Source: Vicugna vicugna (lineage: Eukaryota). Taken from it: DNA of 64,000 bases. The stretch lies in the NCBI GenBank assembly GCA_013265495.1, contig MU061579.1:3407319-3471318 (forward strand), in the 5' to 3' direction. Position numbers and translations under genes: made by a program. Shown piece by piece: positions 25,291-37,144 of this stretch (positions are counted from its first letter, which is position 1; every line of letters begins with the position of its first letter). A model generated the notes under the pieces. That model searched no databases, was not told where the DNA came from, and was given only the letters and a program-made list of their open reading frames with translations.

Positions 25291-25520
25291 TTATAATGTT
25301 ATCTCTTAAAACAATATTTAGATCCTCTCAGTAATGTATATTAATAGTATCAAATATTATTCATGTTGTTTCTACACTTATTTCTCTGTGAATATCCCTG
25401 TCTCTATCTTTGTCTTTATTCATCCGTCATCTACAAAAGTAATTGACATGAATTATTTAATATTGCAAAACATGCATCTGTTGTGAATTCAACACTAATT
25501 CCTGTATACTACTGAATACA

Positions 25521-25689
25521 TACATTCTTCTAGAAGAAAGTAATTTTCCAGAGTGCTTAACATTCTTTTTTATAATCCTCTTTGAGTCAATTCAGTAGTA
25601 TACAGTAGTATACAGGAATTGACTCAAAGAGGATTAAAAAAAGAATGTTAAGCACTCTGGAAAATTACACTTTCTTCTAGAAGAATGTA
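25521..25689. repeat. Long near-perfect inverted repeat (73/74-bp arms, 22-nt spacer)
   Basis: 25521-25593 is the reverse complement of 25616-25689, differing only by one 2-nt and one 1-nt indel. Confidence 0.98.
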
Positions 25690-26153
25690 CGCTATTTATG
25701 CTATTTGGTATATTAATTAAATTGTGTTTTCCCCTACCTAAGTGTTTCAATCATTCAAGACATTCTCACCCTCAGAAGTAATCTCTGTGTTCTGTTTAAG
25801 TGGAGGCACATGACAATCTGATTAGGTACATTTTTTTGTTTTTTTTTCTCAAGGATTTAAGACAAGTGATGTGGAAAGTAGCTTAAACAGGTCTAGTTAC
25901 AAGAGTGGCTGTTGAGAGTTATGGGTCATAGGTGCCATCAGTGAGTCTGGAAGGAGAAAGCTACTCATTCTTAAAGAATGTCTTGTTTGTATAATTGTGA
26001 TACTGTAGCACTTTCTAAGTGTAGTGCTCAGGGCAAGAGCCTTTCCTGACTGGTCTAAGAGTGGTACCAAACATGACTTGGAAGAATAATATACCGAAAT
26101 GAAGATCAAGTTTATTTCTAGTAGGGAAAGAGTGTATGCTTCATCTACATTGG

Positions 26154-26446
26154 TGTCTTAGATCACTTGGACTGCTAAAACAGAATACTAGGGTGCTTAT
26201 AAAAACAGAAATTTACTTCTGACAGTCCTGGAGGCTGGGACGTCCAAGATCAAGGAATCTTCTAACTCTGACCTCTGAGGGGCAAGGGAGCTCTCTGGGT
26301 CTATTTTATAAGGCACTATTCCCATTCAAGAAGGTTCCATCTTCATGACCTATATATTTCCCAAAGGCCCTCCTCCCAATACTATCACATTGGGGATTAG
26401 ACTTCAACATAAGAATTTGGGGGGTAAAAACATTCAATCTACAGCA
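26154..26446 (-). mobile_element. MaLR solo LTR (MLT1A-like), internally deleted
   Basis: tgtcttag...acagaaatttacttctgacagtcctggaggctgggacgtccaagatcaagg...ttcaacataagaatttggggg...acattcaatctacagca; near-TSD attgg/attga. Confidence 0.9.
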
Positions 26447-29400
26447 ATTGATAATGCTCTACTTCATAAACAGTGGTTTATTCACAGGTGTTTCTTTTGC
26501 CATTATGCTTTATAACTTTCAAAGATAATTATTTGTATAAATATTTCATTTCCCAATCCCCAAATCCTCTCATGGTCTTTGTAATTGCTGTTTGAAATCA
26601 TTTAAGATATTTTACTGATATACAGCTTGTATTTTGCATTATAATGAATATTAAATATTAAAATAGTAAAATTCCACATTGATCATAAAATCACAAAAGC
26701 ACAAAATACTTTTAATGCATAAATCTCTTCTTTGTCATCACTGAACACACTGTCACTCAGTCTCTCAGTGTTCATTTCTATAAGTGGAATGTCATTATCA
26801 CCAGAAGCCATCTGTTCAAAGTTGGACAGCATGAGTTGTTAGGCAAGTCCTGTGGCATATGTACCAGAACCTCCTTGTCTGTCAGATTATACATGCATTT
26901 TATTCAAAAATTATTCTAGTTTTGCTCTCTAAAGTCACACAGAACAAATATATTTTTAAAATAACTGAAATATAAATATTTCATTTTATCATCATATATG
27001 AACAGTTAGAAAAATGTTAACAATTGGATTCCCCTCTCATCACAGAATGTTATGTGATTGGTGTTCATTCCTCAAATTTACTACCCCTAGACTCAACCTA
27101 ATATTCCAGAGATGAAACAAATTATTCCAAAAAATTATGTTCCTTACAATACAACATTCCAAAAGTTATCAACTTTTGATAGGACATTTCCATTCATCTT
27201 TAACTAGATAAATGATAGAAAGATAGATGAAAAATAGATAGAACTGTAAAAACTCCAATTATCAACTATGCTGTACCAGTAACTGAGTAAAATAATGATT
27301 ATAGAATTTTAAACGTGTTAAGTTTTATTTTGAGGGTTGTATTCAGAATTTTTAAACTATTAAAATGGTCTTGAATGTTAAAATTACAATTTAATATTAC
27401 CTTCTCTTTTGCCTAATTTATGTATACATTTAGAAAATAAGCTTTTCGCTCATCTTAGTGTCTTTAAAAATAATTTGAATATTTCATAGCAAAGGAAAGA
27501 CTCACATTGTATTTAACTACAGTGTGATAGAAACGCTAATGTTTTCAGTGTGGGGGCTCGGGAGCGGCAGAGGTACATGACAGATGTAACTGGCATTCCG
27601 TACACGTTTTTTTTCTTATTTCACCCAACCACTGATAAAAATCAGCCAGAGGGACACATTTTGGCAGACTGATATTTGGGGTCAAAATGATCAAATGACG
27701 TTTAGAATATGAAGACAGGAATTCCTACCTGTGTATTTAAATTTATATTCAGACTGTAACTTCTCTTTTTATGACCACAGCTTTTCTAAGGCCTGGTTTT
27801 ACATTCATTTTAAAATGACTCTGAATGATGGAACAAGTTAAAATTGTATTTTAATTAAGATCATGAGTCATATGATTTTTTTCTTTCCACTATAAATATA
27901 TTCTTATATTTGGTTGTTTTATGCAATGTGATTATAATTGAATAGTAAATTAAAATAAAAATTAATGTGGAATTGAACATGTTATATACAATTGTATATG
28001 AAATACATGACATGAATTATATGTTACACAGAAATCAGTATCTCTGGAATTGCTTCACCTATAACAAACCAGATATTTAAACATGTAAACAGACCAGTCT
28101 AGATCAATAATGAAGTTCGACTTTTTCTAACACAAAAGTAAATCTCTCCCATTCTAGGCCAAGGAAATGGCTACCATATATTAACCTATGATTGTAAGTT
28201 TATAGTGATAAAATTTCTTCCTAATAATAATTACCCTTTCAAGAACTTAATCATCTACATTAAGTCTGTTGGGTTAAATATAAGTAAGTTTCACAAAAAC
28301 TTGTAGTAAAATTCATCTTTGTGTAGGATACTGGCATTCAGAGTTATGGTCTTCAGATACTGATCTATCAGTAACCAGTAGGGTGGTCCGTTGTGGATTC
28401 CCAAATTGTTCTGTTCCTCCGTATACTCACCCATTTAAAAAAACGTGGTTAACTAAGCACCCTTTATGATTAACTGTGGCTCTAAATCTCTTCAACTTTA
28501 TTTAAATACCTTGAGTGTCTCAACACTCAGAGTAAAAATTCACTTGTTTTACTATTTCTACATATGTCACTTTGGCTATAAATAAGACTGTCAACATTTG
28601 AGTTTACCAAGTTCTTAAAACACATAGCAAAGAACTAGAACTCCATTCTTTCCATAAACATAAGAGTAAATATAGAATGCAAAATTAATGAAAATACATA
28701 TTTATAAATTGTTTGCAATGTTTTTATAGATTAAGCTACATTGTGGATTTAAGGGAAGATTATCTCAGGAAAACATTCATTTATATGAAGAATAAAATTC
28801 ATAACAGTTAAATTAAGTGCATCCATTGAAAACATTTTAAAGGTTTTTTTTTAATGTAGTAACTAGAATATTGCCTAATCTCTATAAAATGTATTTGTAA
28901 ATAAATCATAACTGTTTGCATATTCACTAATACTTTTAAAATGAATTTTAGGAGCTTTGTACTTTGTACTCACATGTCTTCTTAAGATGACTTTGTTAAA
29001 ACTAGGCTTATAAAATATAGTTAATTATCATCATTTCCATCATTGGACAGCGCACAATTGTCATCATTAGTTTTACATGTGAACAGTTTGTCCAAGATAT
29101 CATCTCTTTGCTTTGTCATCCAATCCGCTAGATTTGGCAAAATGCATTTCGTGGGAAAACAAGAAGATAGCTCAGTGATCACCTTGCAACAGCATTGTTA
29201 CTTGACAGTTGAGTAACCTCATACTCTGCTTTTTGTGTTTCAGGTGGGTATGAAGGGAGCTTAACTTGATCACATCTTTGAGTTAAGATTTTTATGTTTT
29301 TCTAGAGCTAAGGTTTTCTTAGCAGGGCTCTAAGCTGTCATGGGGTAAGTATATTCTTATCTTGCTGTCCTTTGAAGCATGACATCATGACTAAAGATGA

Positions 29401-30299
29401 GAAGCATATACTGGATTGCAGAAACCTGAGCTGAATTTTGATGGACTTTCTGTACATTTTGTAATCCCTGGGGACAGAAAATCACGCCCCCTGATTCACC
29501 AAAGGACCAGTTGATGCTTTAAAGAGAAAGAAGACGAATTTCCTAAAAGACAAATGCTAAAAGTATATAATGAGTTACTTAGATGAATGACCTTAGTCTT
29601 GATAAAAATTACCTAATTGCAATATTAGATGCATTCTTTGCTACAGTAAAGTTTATAAACTCCAAATATTCATTTAGGCTAAAAAAAGTCACCTTTTAGG
29701 TAATAATTATACAAGTAGCATAAATATTTACATTGTGTCTTGCAGTTTAAAAATGTCACTCATCACATGAGTTTCTTTTTAATTAATTGTGTCATAAAAA
29801 GTTAATAAAAAGTGATTTTTCTAGTTAAATAATTTATATCCTGGTTCCTATTAGTCATATTTTTTATTTCTGTGTAGCTGTAATATTTCAGAGAACATAT
29901 AAATGGACTTAATGGTTTGCATTTTTAAGAAAAATTTTTGTCATTTTAAAAATGTTGATTTTTATTTAGAGTGTTTCAACCTATGTTAACAGTAATAAAT
30001 TTTGAATTATATAATATGCCTTTTAAGCATGACAGGAGCTATCATGATAATTTATTGCTGACATAATAACCTAATATAATAATAAGCTCTATGATTGTAA
30101 AATACCCTCAAATTGCTGGCATCAAACTTTTCCTGCTCTACATCCTGCAAAATCTTAGAATAAATTAGTTGATTTGAATGCTTTTTGTCTTTGTCTTCCA
30201 AGTTCTTTTATTAGAATGTTGAGGGAAAGAAAATCAATTAATACAGGGTTGACAGCCTTTATTCAAACATTACTCACACAAAATGCTTTTTTTTTTGTT

Positions 30300-30670
30300 T
30301 GTTTGCTTTGAGTGCCTACTATTTACTAGACTGTACTATATGTTGGAAATAAAATATCAAGGAAATGAAAAGCAGAAACTGAACTCTTAACTTGCAATTC
30401 AGTATAGGAGGAAGGCATTAAACAATCAAATGCATAAATGAATCGTCTCAACTTCGGCAAATGCTACAAAGTACGTGCTGATGTGCGTACTTAAAATGGG
30501 AAATGTAATTTAATTTAGGGGTTAGATAGCAACTTCCTGAGGAAATAACAACCTCGCTGAGTTCTGAAGGATAAGCAGTAATTTTATAAGAGATGAGGCC
30601 GGGGAAAGAAAGGAAGGAGGAACTCTCTGTCGCATGTGCAAAGTCCAAAAGAAGCATGGCATGTTTTAAA
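30300..30670 (-). mobile_element. L2 3' fragment
   Basis: ttgagtgcctactat...; cttcctgaggaaataacaacctcgctgagttctgaaggataagcag; gcatgtgcaaagtcc...agcatggcatgttt. Confidence 0.8.
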
Positions 30671-30764
30671 AAGCATAATCAACTTAAACAGGAAACCAAA
30701 GATGTTTTTTGAAAGCAGGTTGTCACAGTATACAATAATTTATTCAGTTAAAATTGTTTATCCC

Positions 30765-30905
30765 TTATTTATATTTCCACTTTACAGATGAGTTAACTAA
30801 GACCCTAAATTATGTAAATTCACCGAAGCAAATACATAATGTACAGCAAAGCAGGGATTTGAAACCAGTTAGACTGACTCCAGAGTTTCTATGCTTCCCA
30901 ATATT
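30765..30905 (-). mobile_element. MIR SINE
   Basis: ccactttacagatgagttaactaagac...gcagggatttgaaaccagttagactgactccagag. Confidence 0.85.
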
Positions 30906-31014
30906 GTATCCAGCATCTTATATGAAAAAAAAAAAAGACTCTTTGAGAAATCGGGATAGAATAGATCAATTTCTTAGATAATTGAGGGATGCATGACTTT
31001 GGTAGTTAAGATCA

Positions 31015-31200
31015 GCAATGTTGCCTAGATGTGCCATAGTGAAGTCTGAGACAAAAGGAAAAATACTAATCCTACTTTCCTTATGGTGGATTTTTTGTAC
31101 TAATTTAAAAAATTGCACTAAAATATTATCTCGATGATGAGTTTTTGGTGCCTCTTTACATGTTGTGCCCAAGGCTACTACCCCAATCACCTCCTCTTGT
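31015..31200 (-). mobile_element. hAT-type MITE (MER96B-like)
   Basis: gccatagtgaagtctgagacaaaaggaaaaat...gagtttttggtgcctctttacatgttgtgcccaaggc resembles the reverse complement of the recalled MER96B consensus. Confidence 0.55.
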
Positions 31201-33217
31201 TCTACACGTGTAGGAGGGGGAAAGGAGCAGGGGTTAGAGCATATATGCAAAGGCATGGTGATGAACCAGTATCGAAATGGCTGAAGAGGAAAATAAGCAC
31301 ATAAAAGGAATGATGAAGAAGGAACGACAGACAGTCAAAGCTAGAGATCCTAGGGATGTGAAATACATTTCTGAAGACGAAGTGGAAAGAGACCTAGAAG
31401 GTCAGGGAGTGTTGGTCAGAGTTTGAATTCCTTAGAATTGAGGTTTTGGAGAAGGCGAAGTTATTATTGGCCATAATAAAGAAAATGACTGAACAAAAAT
31501 TAACACGATGCCAATTAAAATAGAGAATCTCTTACAGACATTGCTACAATTGTACTTAAGGCTAATTAGCTCCCCAGTAAGTTTTATTGATACACATGTA
31601 AGTTTTAAAAGAGTTGATTTGTATGATATAAAATATTTTGAGATGACTTAAGTACTATATGATATAGGATCATATTGCTTGTCAACTGGCCAAAATATTT
31701 TTGATGCATTTGATGCCAAAACTGAATAAAGTGGATGAAATAAGAGCCAGAAAACAGAGCCTGCACTCAGCTTCTGTATTTATTTTGAACCAGAATTCAT
31801 ATTCACATAATGAATTTCTATAAATCATGATTTTTCAAACCTTAAAATATAATTACAAGTGATAATTTATAATTATTGTCCCTGGCTTTTCCTAGAGTCC
31901 TTAACAGCTTCTATGATAAATGATGGTTATGTGCAATATGGTATGTTAACAACTGAATTAGAACATCCTGACCATATGTCTATCACTGCAGGCAAAGTCC
32001 AAAAGGATGATGTGAAGATAAAAACATAGGATAAGCTCCCCTCCTAATTACGTGAAACTAGAAACTGATGGTTGACAGATAATAAATGAGATGTAAAATT
32101 ATTGCTTCAAATGTTTGGATATTAATAAATGGGGACATTTATGAAAATATATGCAATGCCCAGGAGTTAGGGCAGAGTTTCCACTCAGAGAAATATATAT
32201 ACTTAACTAAATTCTTCTTAATATGAGATCAAATGCAGAATTTATTAATTTAAACACAAGAACTTCAAACCATAAATCTCAGTGAGGTTACACCTTTTTA
32301 AAGCTGCAAATTGAAGTTAACAGGTCAAAATCAATTAGGTTTGCTAATCTGTTCACAAAGGTGTAAATTCTTAATCAGAATTTATTACAAGGCTGACAAT
32401 GTAATTTAACAGCAGTACTTAAATCCTGATCAGACAATTCAACTTTCCAACTCAGGTTCATTTTTTTCCTTGAAGGAAATAGAAAGACTATTTTAATGTT
32501 AGCATCATAAGCCAATTGTAATATTATACATATACAATACATACAAGGTGTTGCACATAAATATATCATTTATGGGTTAGAAATGATATTACTCAGTACT
32601 AGGATTTTGGACATATTTTATGAGGGTTGGCATTTGACATTTATATTATTGGCACATTCTTTTATGTTGGAATGGATCAGGTGGTAACTTTTCTTAAAAT
32701 TCCTATGTTGAAGTCATCTCAAGAATGTTCTCAATTTTCTATTATAAGGACTACTTCAGAGCAGTGTAGTTCCTTTTGAAATGAAGTCAGTTCTACTCTC
32801 ACCACTGCCACTGGTGACAAGAGATTCCATTTGTTTCAAATTTGTTCGGCAAAATTGGTCCCCTTAGATGTCTTGCAAATTTTGCCGTGCCCGGTGCCTT
32901 CAGAGAGTGACATGTGGAATATCTGTGGTAGTTGAGTCTGGAGATTAAACTTTTAATTTGCTTCAACTGAATGGATGTCTACTGGGAAGCCAAAACAAGT
33001 CATTTGGAGTGGATATTGATAGATACTATAGAGAGTTCAAGTCTCCTTTTGCTCTGGAAACTCAGTTCTGTCTTGGCTTACATAAGAGCACATTTTCCTC
33101 CATGATGAGAATAAGCTCATGGAAAGTTAACTGTATTACATTTCTGAGAGCTTAATTTCAAAAGAAATACCTCACACTGGAATTTGGTTTCATGTGCTTT
33201 GTGTGTTATTTGGAGTA

Positions 33218-35602
33218 CAGGCCTACCTGAGAAATAGTGTGAGTTGGATTCCAGACCACTGCAATAAACAAAATATCACAGTAAAGCCAGTCACACAAAT
33301 TTTTTGGTTTCCCAGTGCATATAAAACTTATGTTTACACTTTAGTCTATTAAATGTTCAATAGCATTATACCTATAAAATAATATACATACCTTAATTTT
33401 AAAATAATACTTTATTGCTAAAAAATGCTAAATGTCATCTGAACCTTCTCTGAGTCCTAATCTTTTTGCTGGTGGAGAGTTTTGGTTTAATGTTCTGGCT
33501 GCTGACTGATCAGGTGGGGGTTGCTGAAGGTCTGAGTGGCTATGGCAAGACAACAGTGAAGTCTGCTGCATCCACTGACTCTTCCTTTCATGAGCTATTT
33601 CTCTGTGGCCTGTAATGCTCTTTAATAGTGTTTCACTCACAAAAGAAATTCTTTCAAAACTGGAGTCAATTTTCTCAAACCCCGCTACTGCTTTATCAAC
33701 TAAGTTTAGGTAATATTCTAAACTCTTTGCTGTCATTTCAACAGTCTTCACAGTGTCTTCACCAGGAGTAAATTCCATCGCAAGAAACCACTTAGTTTGC
33801 TCATCCATAAGAAGCAAATTCTCATTTGTTAAAGTGTTATTATGAGACTGCAGCAATTCTGTCACATCTTCAGGCTCCACTTCCAAATCTAGTTCTCTTG
33901 TTGTTTTCGCCTTGTCTGCAGTTCCTTCCGCCTCTGGAGTCTTGAGCTCTTCAAAGTTTTTCACAAGGTTTGGAATCAGTTTCTTCCTAATTCCTGTTCA
34001 TGTTGACCTCTTCTCATGAATCAAGAATGTTCTTAATGGCATGTTCTGGAATGGTGAATCCTTTCCAGAAGGTTTTCAATTTAATTTGCCTAGATCCATC
34101 AGAGGAATTACCATCTACGCCAGCTACAGCCTTAGGAAATGTAATTCTTAAATAGTAAGATTTGAAAGTCGAAATGACTCCTTGATCCCTGGGCTGCAGA
34201 ACAGATATTGTGTTAGCAGACATGAAAACATTAATCTCATTGTGTATCTCCTTTGGAGCTCTTGGGTGACAGGTGCATTGTCAATGAAAAGTAATATTCT
34301 GAAAGAAAACTTTCTTTTTCCCTGAGAAGTAGGTCTCAATAGTGGACTTTAAATATTAAATAAATCATGTTGTCAATACCTGTCCTGTCACACAGGCTTT
34401 GTTGTTCCTTTGATAGGGCATAGGCAGAGTAGATTTAGCATGATTCCTAAGGGCCCTAGGGCTTTCAGAATGGTAAATGAACATTGGCTTCAACTTAAAG
34501 TCACCAGCTACATTAACCCCTAACAAAAAAGTCAGCCTGTCCTTTGGAGCCAGGTATTGACTTCTCCTCTCTAGCTATGGAAATCCTAAATGTCATGTTC
34601 TTCCAATATAAGACTGCTTTATCTATATTGAAAGTCAGCTTTTTTACCATAGCCACCTCCATTCATTATCTCAGCTAGATCATCTGGATAATTTGCTGCA
34701 GCTTCTACATTGCTGCTTCACCTTGCACTTTCATATTATAGAGACACATTCTTTCCTTAAATTTCATGAACCAACCTGATAGCTAGCTTCCAATTTTTCA
34801 TCTGCAGTGTCCTCACCTCTCTCATTCTTCATAGAACTGAAGTGAATTAGGGCTTTGCCCTGGACTAGGCTTTGGCTTAAGGGAATGTTGTGGCTGGTTT
34901 GATCTTCTATCCAGACCACTAAAACTTTCTCCATATCAGCAATAAGACTGTTTCACTTTCTTATCATTCATTTGTTCAAAAGAGTAGCACTTTTCCTTCA
35001 AGAACTTTCTTTTGCAGTTTGCATTTACAACTTGGCTAACTGTCTGGCACAAGAGACCCAGCTTTTGGCCTATCTTGGATTTCAACATCCCTTCCTCACT
35101 AAGCTTAATCATTTCTAGCTCTTGATTTAAAGTGAGAGATGTGCAAGTCTTCTTTCAAATTGCACACTTAGCAGCCATTGCAGGGTTATTAATTGGCCTA
35201 ATTTTAATATTGTTGTGTCTTAGGGAATAAGGGACACACAAAGAGATGAAGAGAGATGGGGAAAGTCAGGTCGGTAGAGCAAGTCAGAAATCACAAAACA
35301 TCTACCAATAAATTTGCCATCTTACATTGGCATGATTCATGGAGTCCCAAAACAATCATAATAGTAACATCAAAGATCACTGATCATAAACCATCATAAC
35401 AAATATAATAATAATGAAATAGTTTGAAGTTTTGTGACAATTGCCAAATGTAAGACAAACACACAAAATGAGCAAATATTGTTGGAAAAATGGGGCCGAT
35501 AGGCTTGCTTTATGCAGGGCTGCCAACAACACTCAATTTGCAAAAAAAACAAATATTTGTAAAGTGCAATAAAACAAAGCTCAATAAAATGAAATATGCT
35601 TG
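33218..35602 (-). mobile_element. Tigger1 DNA transposon, near full length (2385 bp)
   Basis: Ends caggcctacctgagaaatagtgtgagttggattccagaccactgcaataaa and (reverse complement) caagcatatttcattttattgagctttg match the Tigger1 termini; TA at 33216-17 and 35603-04; internal transposase remnants. Confidence 0.97.
33428..34339 (-). pseudogene. Disrupted Tigger1 transposase (DDE and C-terminal segments)
   Basis: ORFs 34148-34339 ([11 protein letters not shown]), 34014-34223 ([24 protein letters not shown]...[10 protein letters not shown]) and 33428-33964 (ELDLEVEPEDVTELLQSH...LEYYLNLVDKAVAGFEKIDSSFER) are consecutive frameshifted pieces of a pogo/Tigger transposase. Confidence 0.95.
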
Positions 35603-35854
35603 TATATTGTTGTGTCTCTTGATTTTGAAAATTCCTACTCAGAACTACATCAAAATAATACAAGAAAACTGCATCATTTTTATATTAGTATTTATTGGAC
35701 ATCTGCTTTTGATGATGGGTTTCTAGATATTGGTTGATATAGCAGTGAATGAGATAAACACAATATCTGCTTTATAAAAAGTCCACCTAATTGATTATAC
35801 AAATAGTCACATATCTCAGAAATGTATTTTATAGAGTTATAAAGATAAAACAGT

Positions 35855-35990
35855 CTAAATCATTTATTATTCAATGAAGAAAACTGCAGTCCAGAGAGTT
35901 TGAATGGTTTGTTAATATTAATAAGCTAATTACTAACAGATTGATCTGAGACTCAAGTCTTCTAATTGTGTCCAACGTGGCATAATTGTA
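35855..35990 (-). mobile_element. MIR fragment
   Basis: atgaagaaaactgcagtccagagagtttgaatggtttg...gatctgagactcaagtcttctaa. Confidence 0.65.
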
Positions 35991-36106
35991 TCCATGTTTT
36001 AAATTTCCAATTATTATTCACTCCTCCTATAACTGCTGAGGATAAAGGACTAATGTAAGATTTTTTTCTTTACTTTGAAGGTTTTTTGTCTAAAAATACT
36101 ATGTGT

Positions 36107-36205
36107 TTTATATACATTATGTGTAATATATATAAATGAATCATTTTGCTGTGTACCCAAAACTAATATTGTAAATCAACTACATTTCAATAAAAAGATA
36201 AGAAT
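36107..36205 (+). mobile_element. Very short L1 3' end (cetartiodactyl type) with TSD
   Basis: tgaatcattttgctgtgtacccaaaactaatattgtaaatcaactacatttcaataaaaa; 16-bp direct repeat taaaaatactatgtgt at 36091-36106 and 36206-36221. Confidence 0.88.
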
Positions 36206-37084
36206 TAAAAATACTATGTGTGTGTGTATGTGTGTATATGCAGAGAGAGAGAGATCCTAAGAAGATGGCCTAGTAATTTTCAAAGAAAAAGTCACTGCTT
36301 ATATTAACCTAACGCTAATTAGAAGTAAGAATTTTCAGGAAAAAGCAGAGTTTGCGGAAAATCTGTCCTGAAGTATTAATTTTTAGTACTCATTTTGTAG
36401 AGCTGAGATGACAGAGGTTCACAATGTCAAAGACGCATTATACAGACGTCAGTTTTCTAATAGATGTCTGAGTAGAAAATGTTTTAGTTAATCTGATTGA
36501 TTTTCAAGCTATTTTGAAATCATCAGTGGACCCTAGAAAGCCTTCTAAAGAGGATTTACTTTCAACAACCCCTCAGGTTAAAATGGTTAACAGCTAGATT
36601 AAGTGCTGTACCTTCAGTGACCTGAAAGGCAAAGGGAAAGAGCACAAATGAATAATTTGTAGCAATGTTGTACTTTATTCCCATTAAATACAGACAGAAA
36701 AAAAAAATGAAGAGAAACTTGGTTACTGAATAGTAGAATTTTAGAACTGAAATGATCTTAGATAAAATTGGGACACTTTCTATGTGTCAAGCATTTTGCT
36801 AAATATTTCATATTCACTATTTAATTGTAATGCTCACAATGCATGATAAGTAATAATATTTTAATTTGACTGATGTAGAAATGAAAGGAGTATCCTAATT
36901 TTGCTTTCTTTTTCAAATAAGACAGCCGAAATTCAGAAAGAGATTTGACATCCTTAGCAGGGCTTAGCAGTCCAGTGAATTAGAACCTCAGACTCTGGCG
37001 ATCTCTTACTCCTAGCTTAGCATGTAATTATCTCTATTAATACTGTATGTATGTGTAAGACAATAGATGGGTAGGTAGAAAGAC

Positions 37085-37144
<60 letters not shown>
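37085..37144. repeat. (AGAT)15 tetranucleotide microsatellite
   Basis: Perfect 60-bp run; explains the SIYLSIYL ORFs. Confidence 0.98.
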
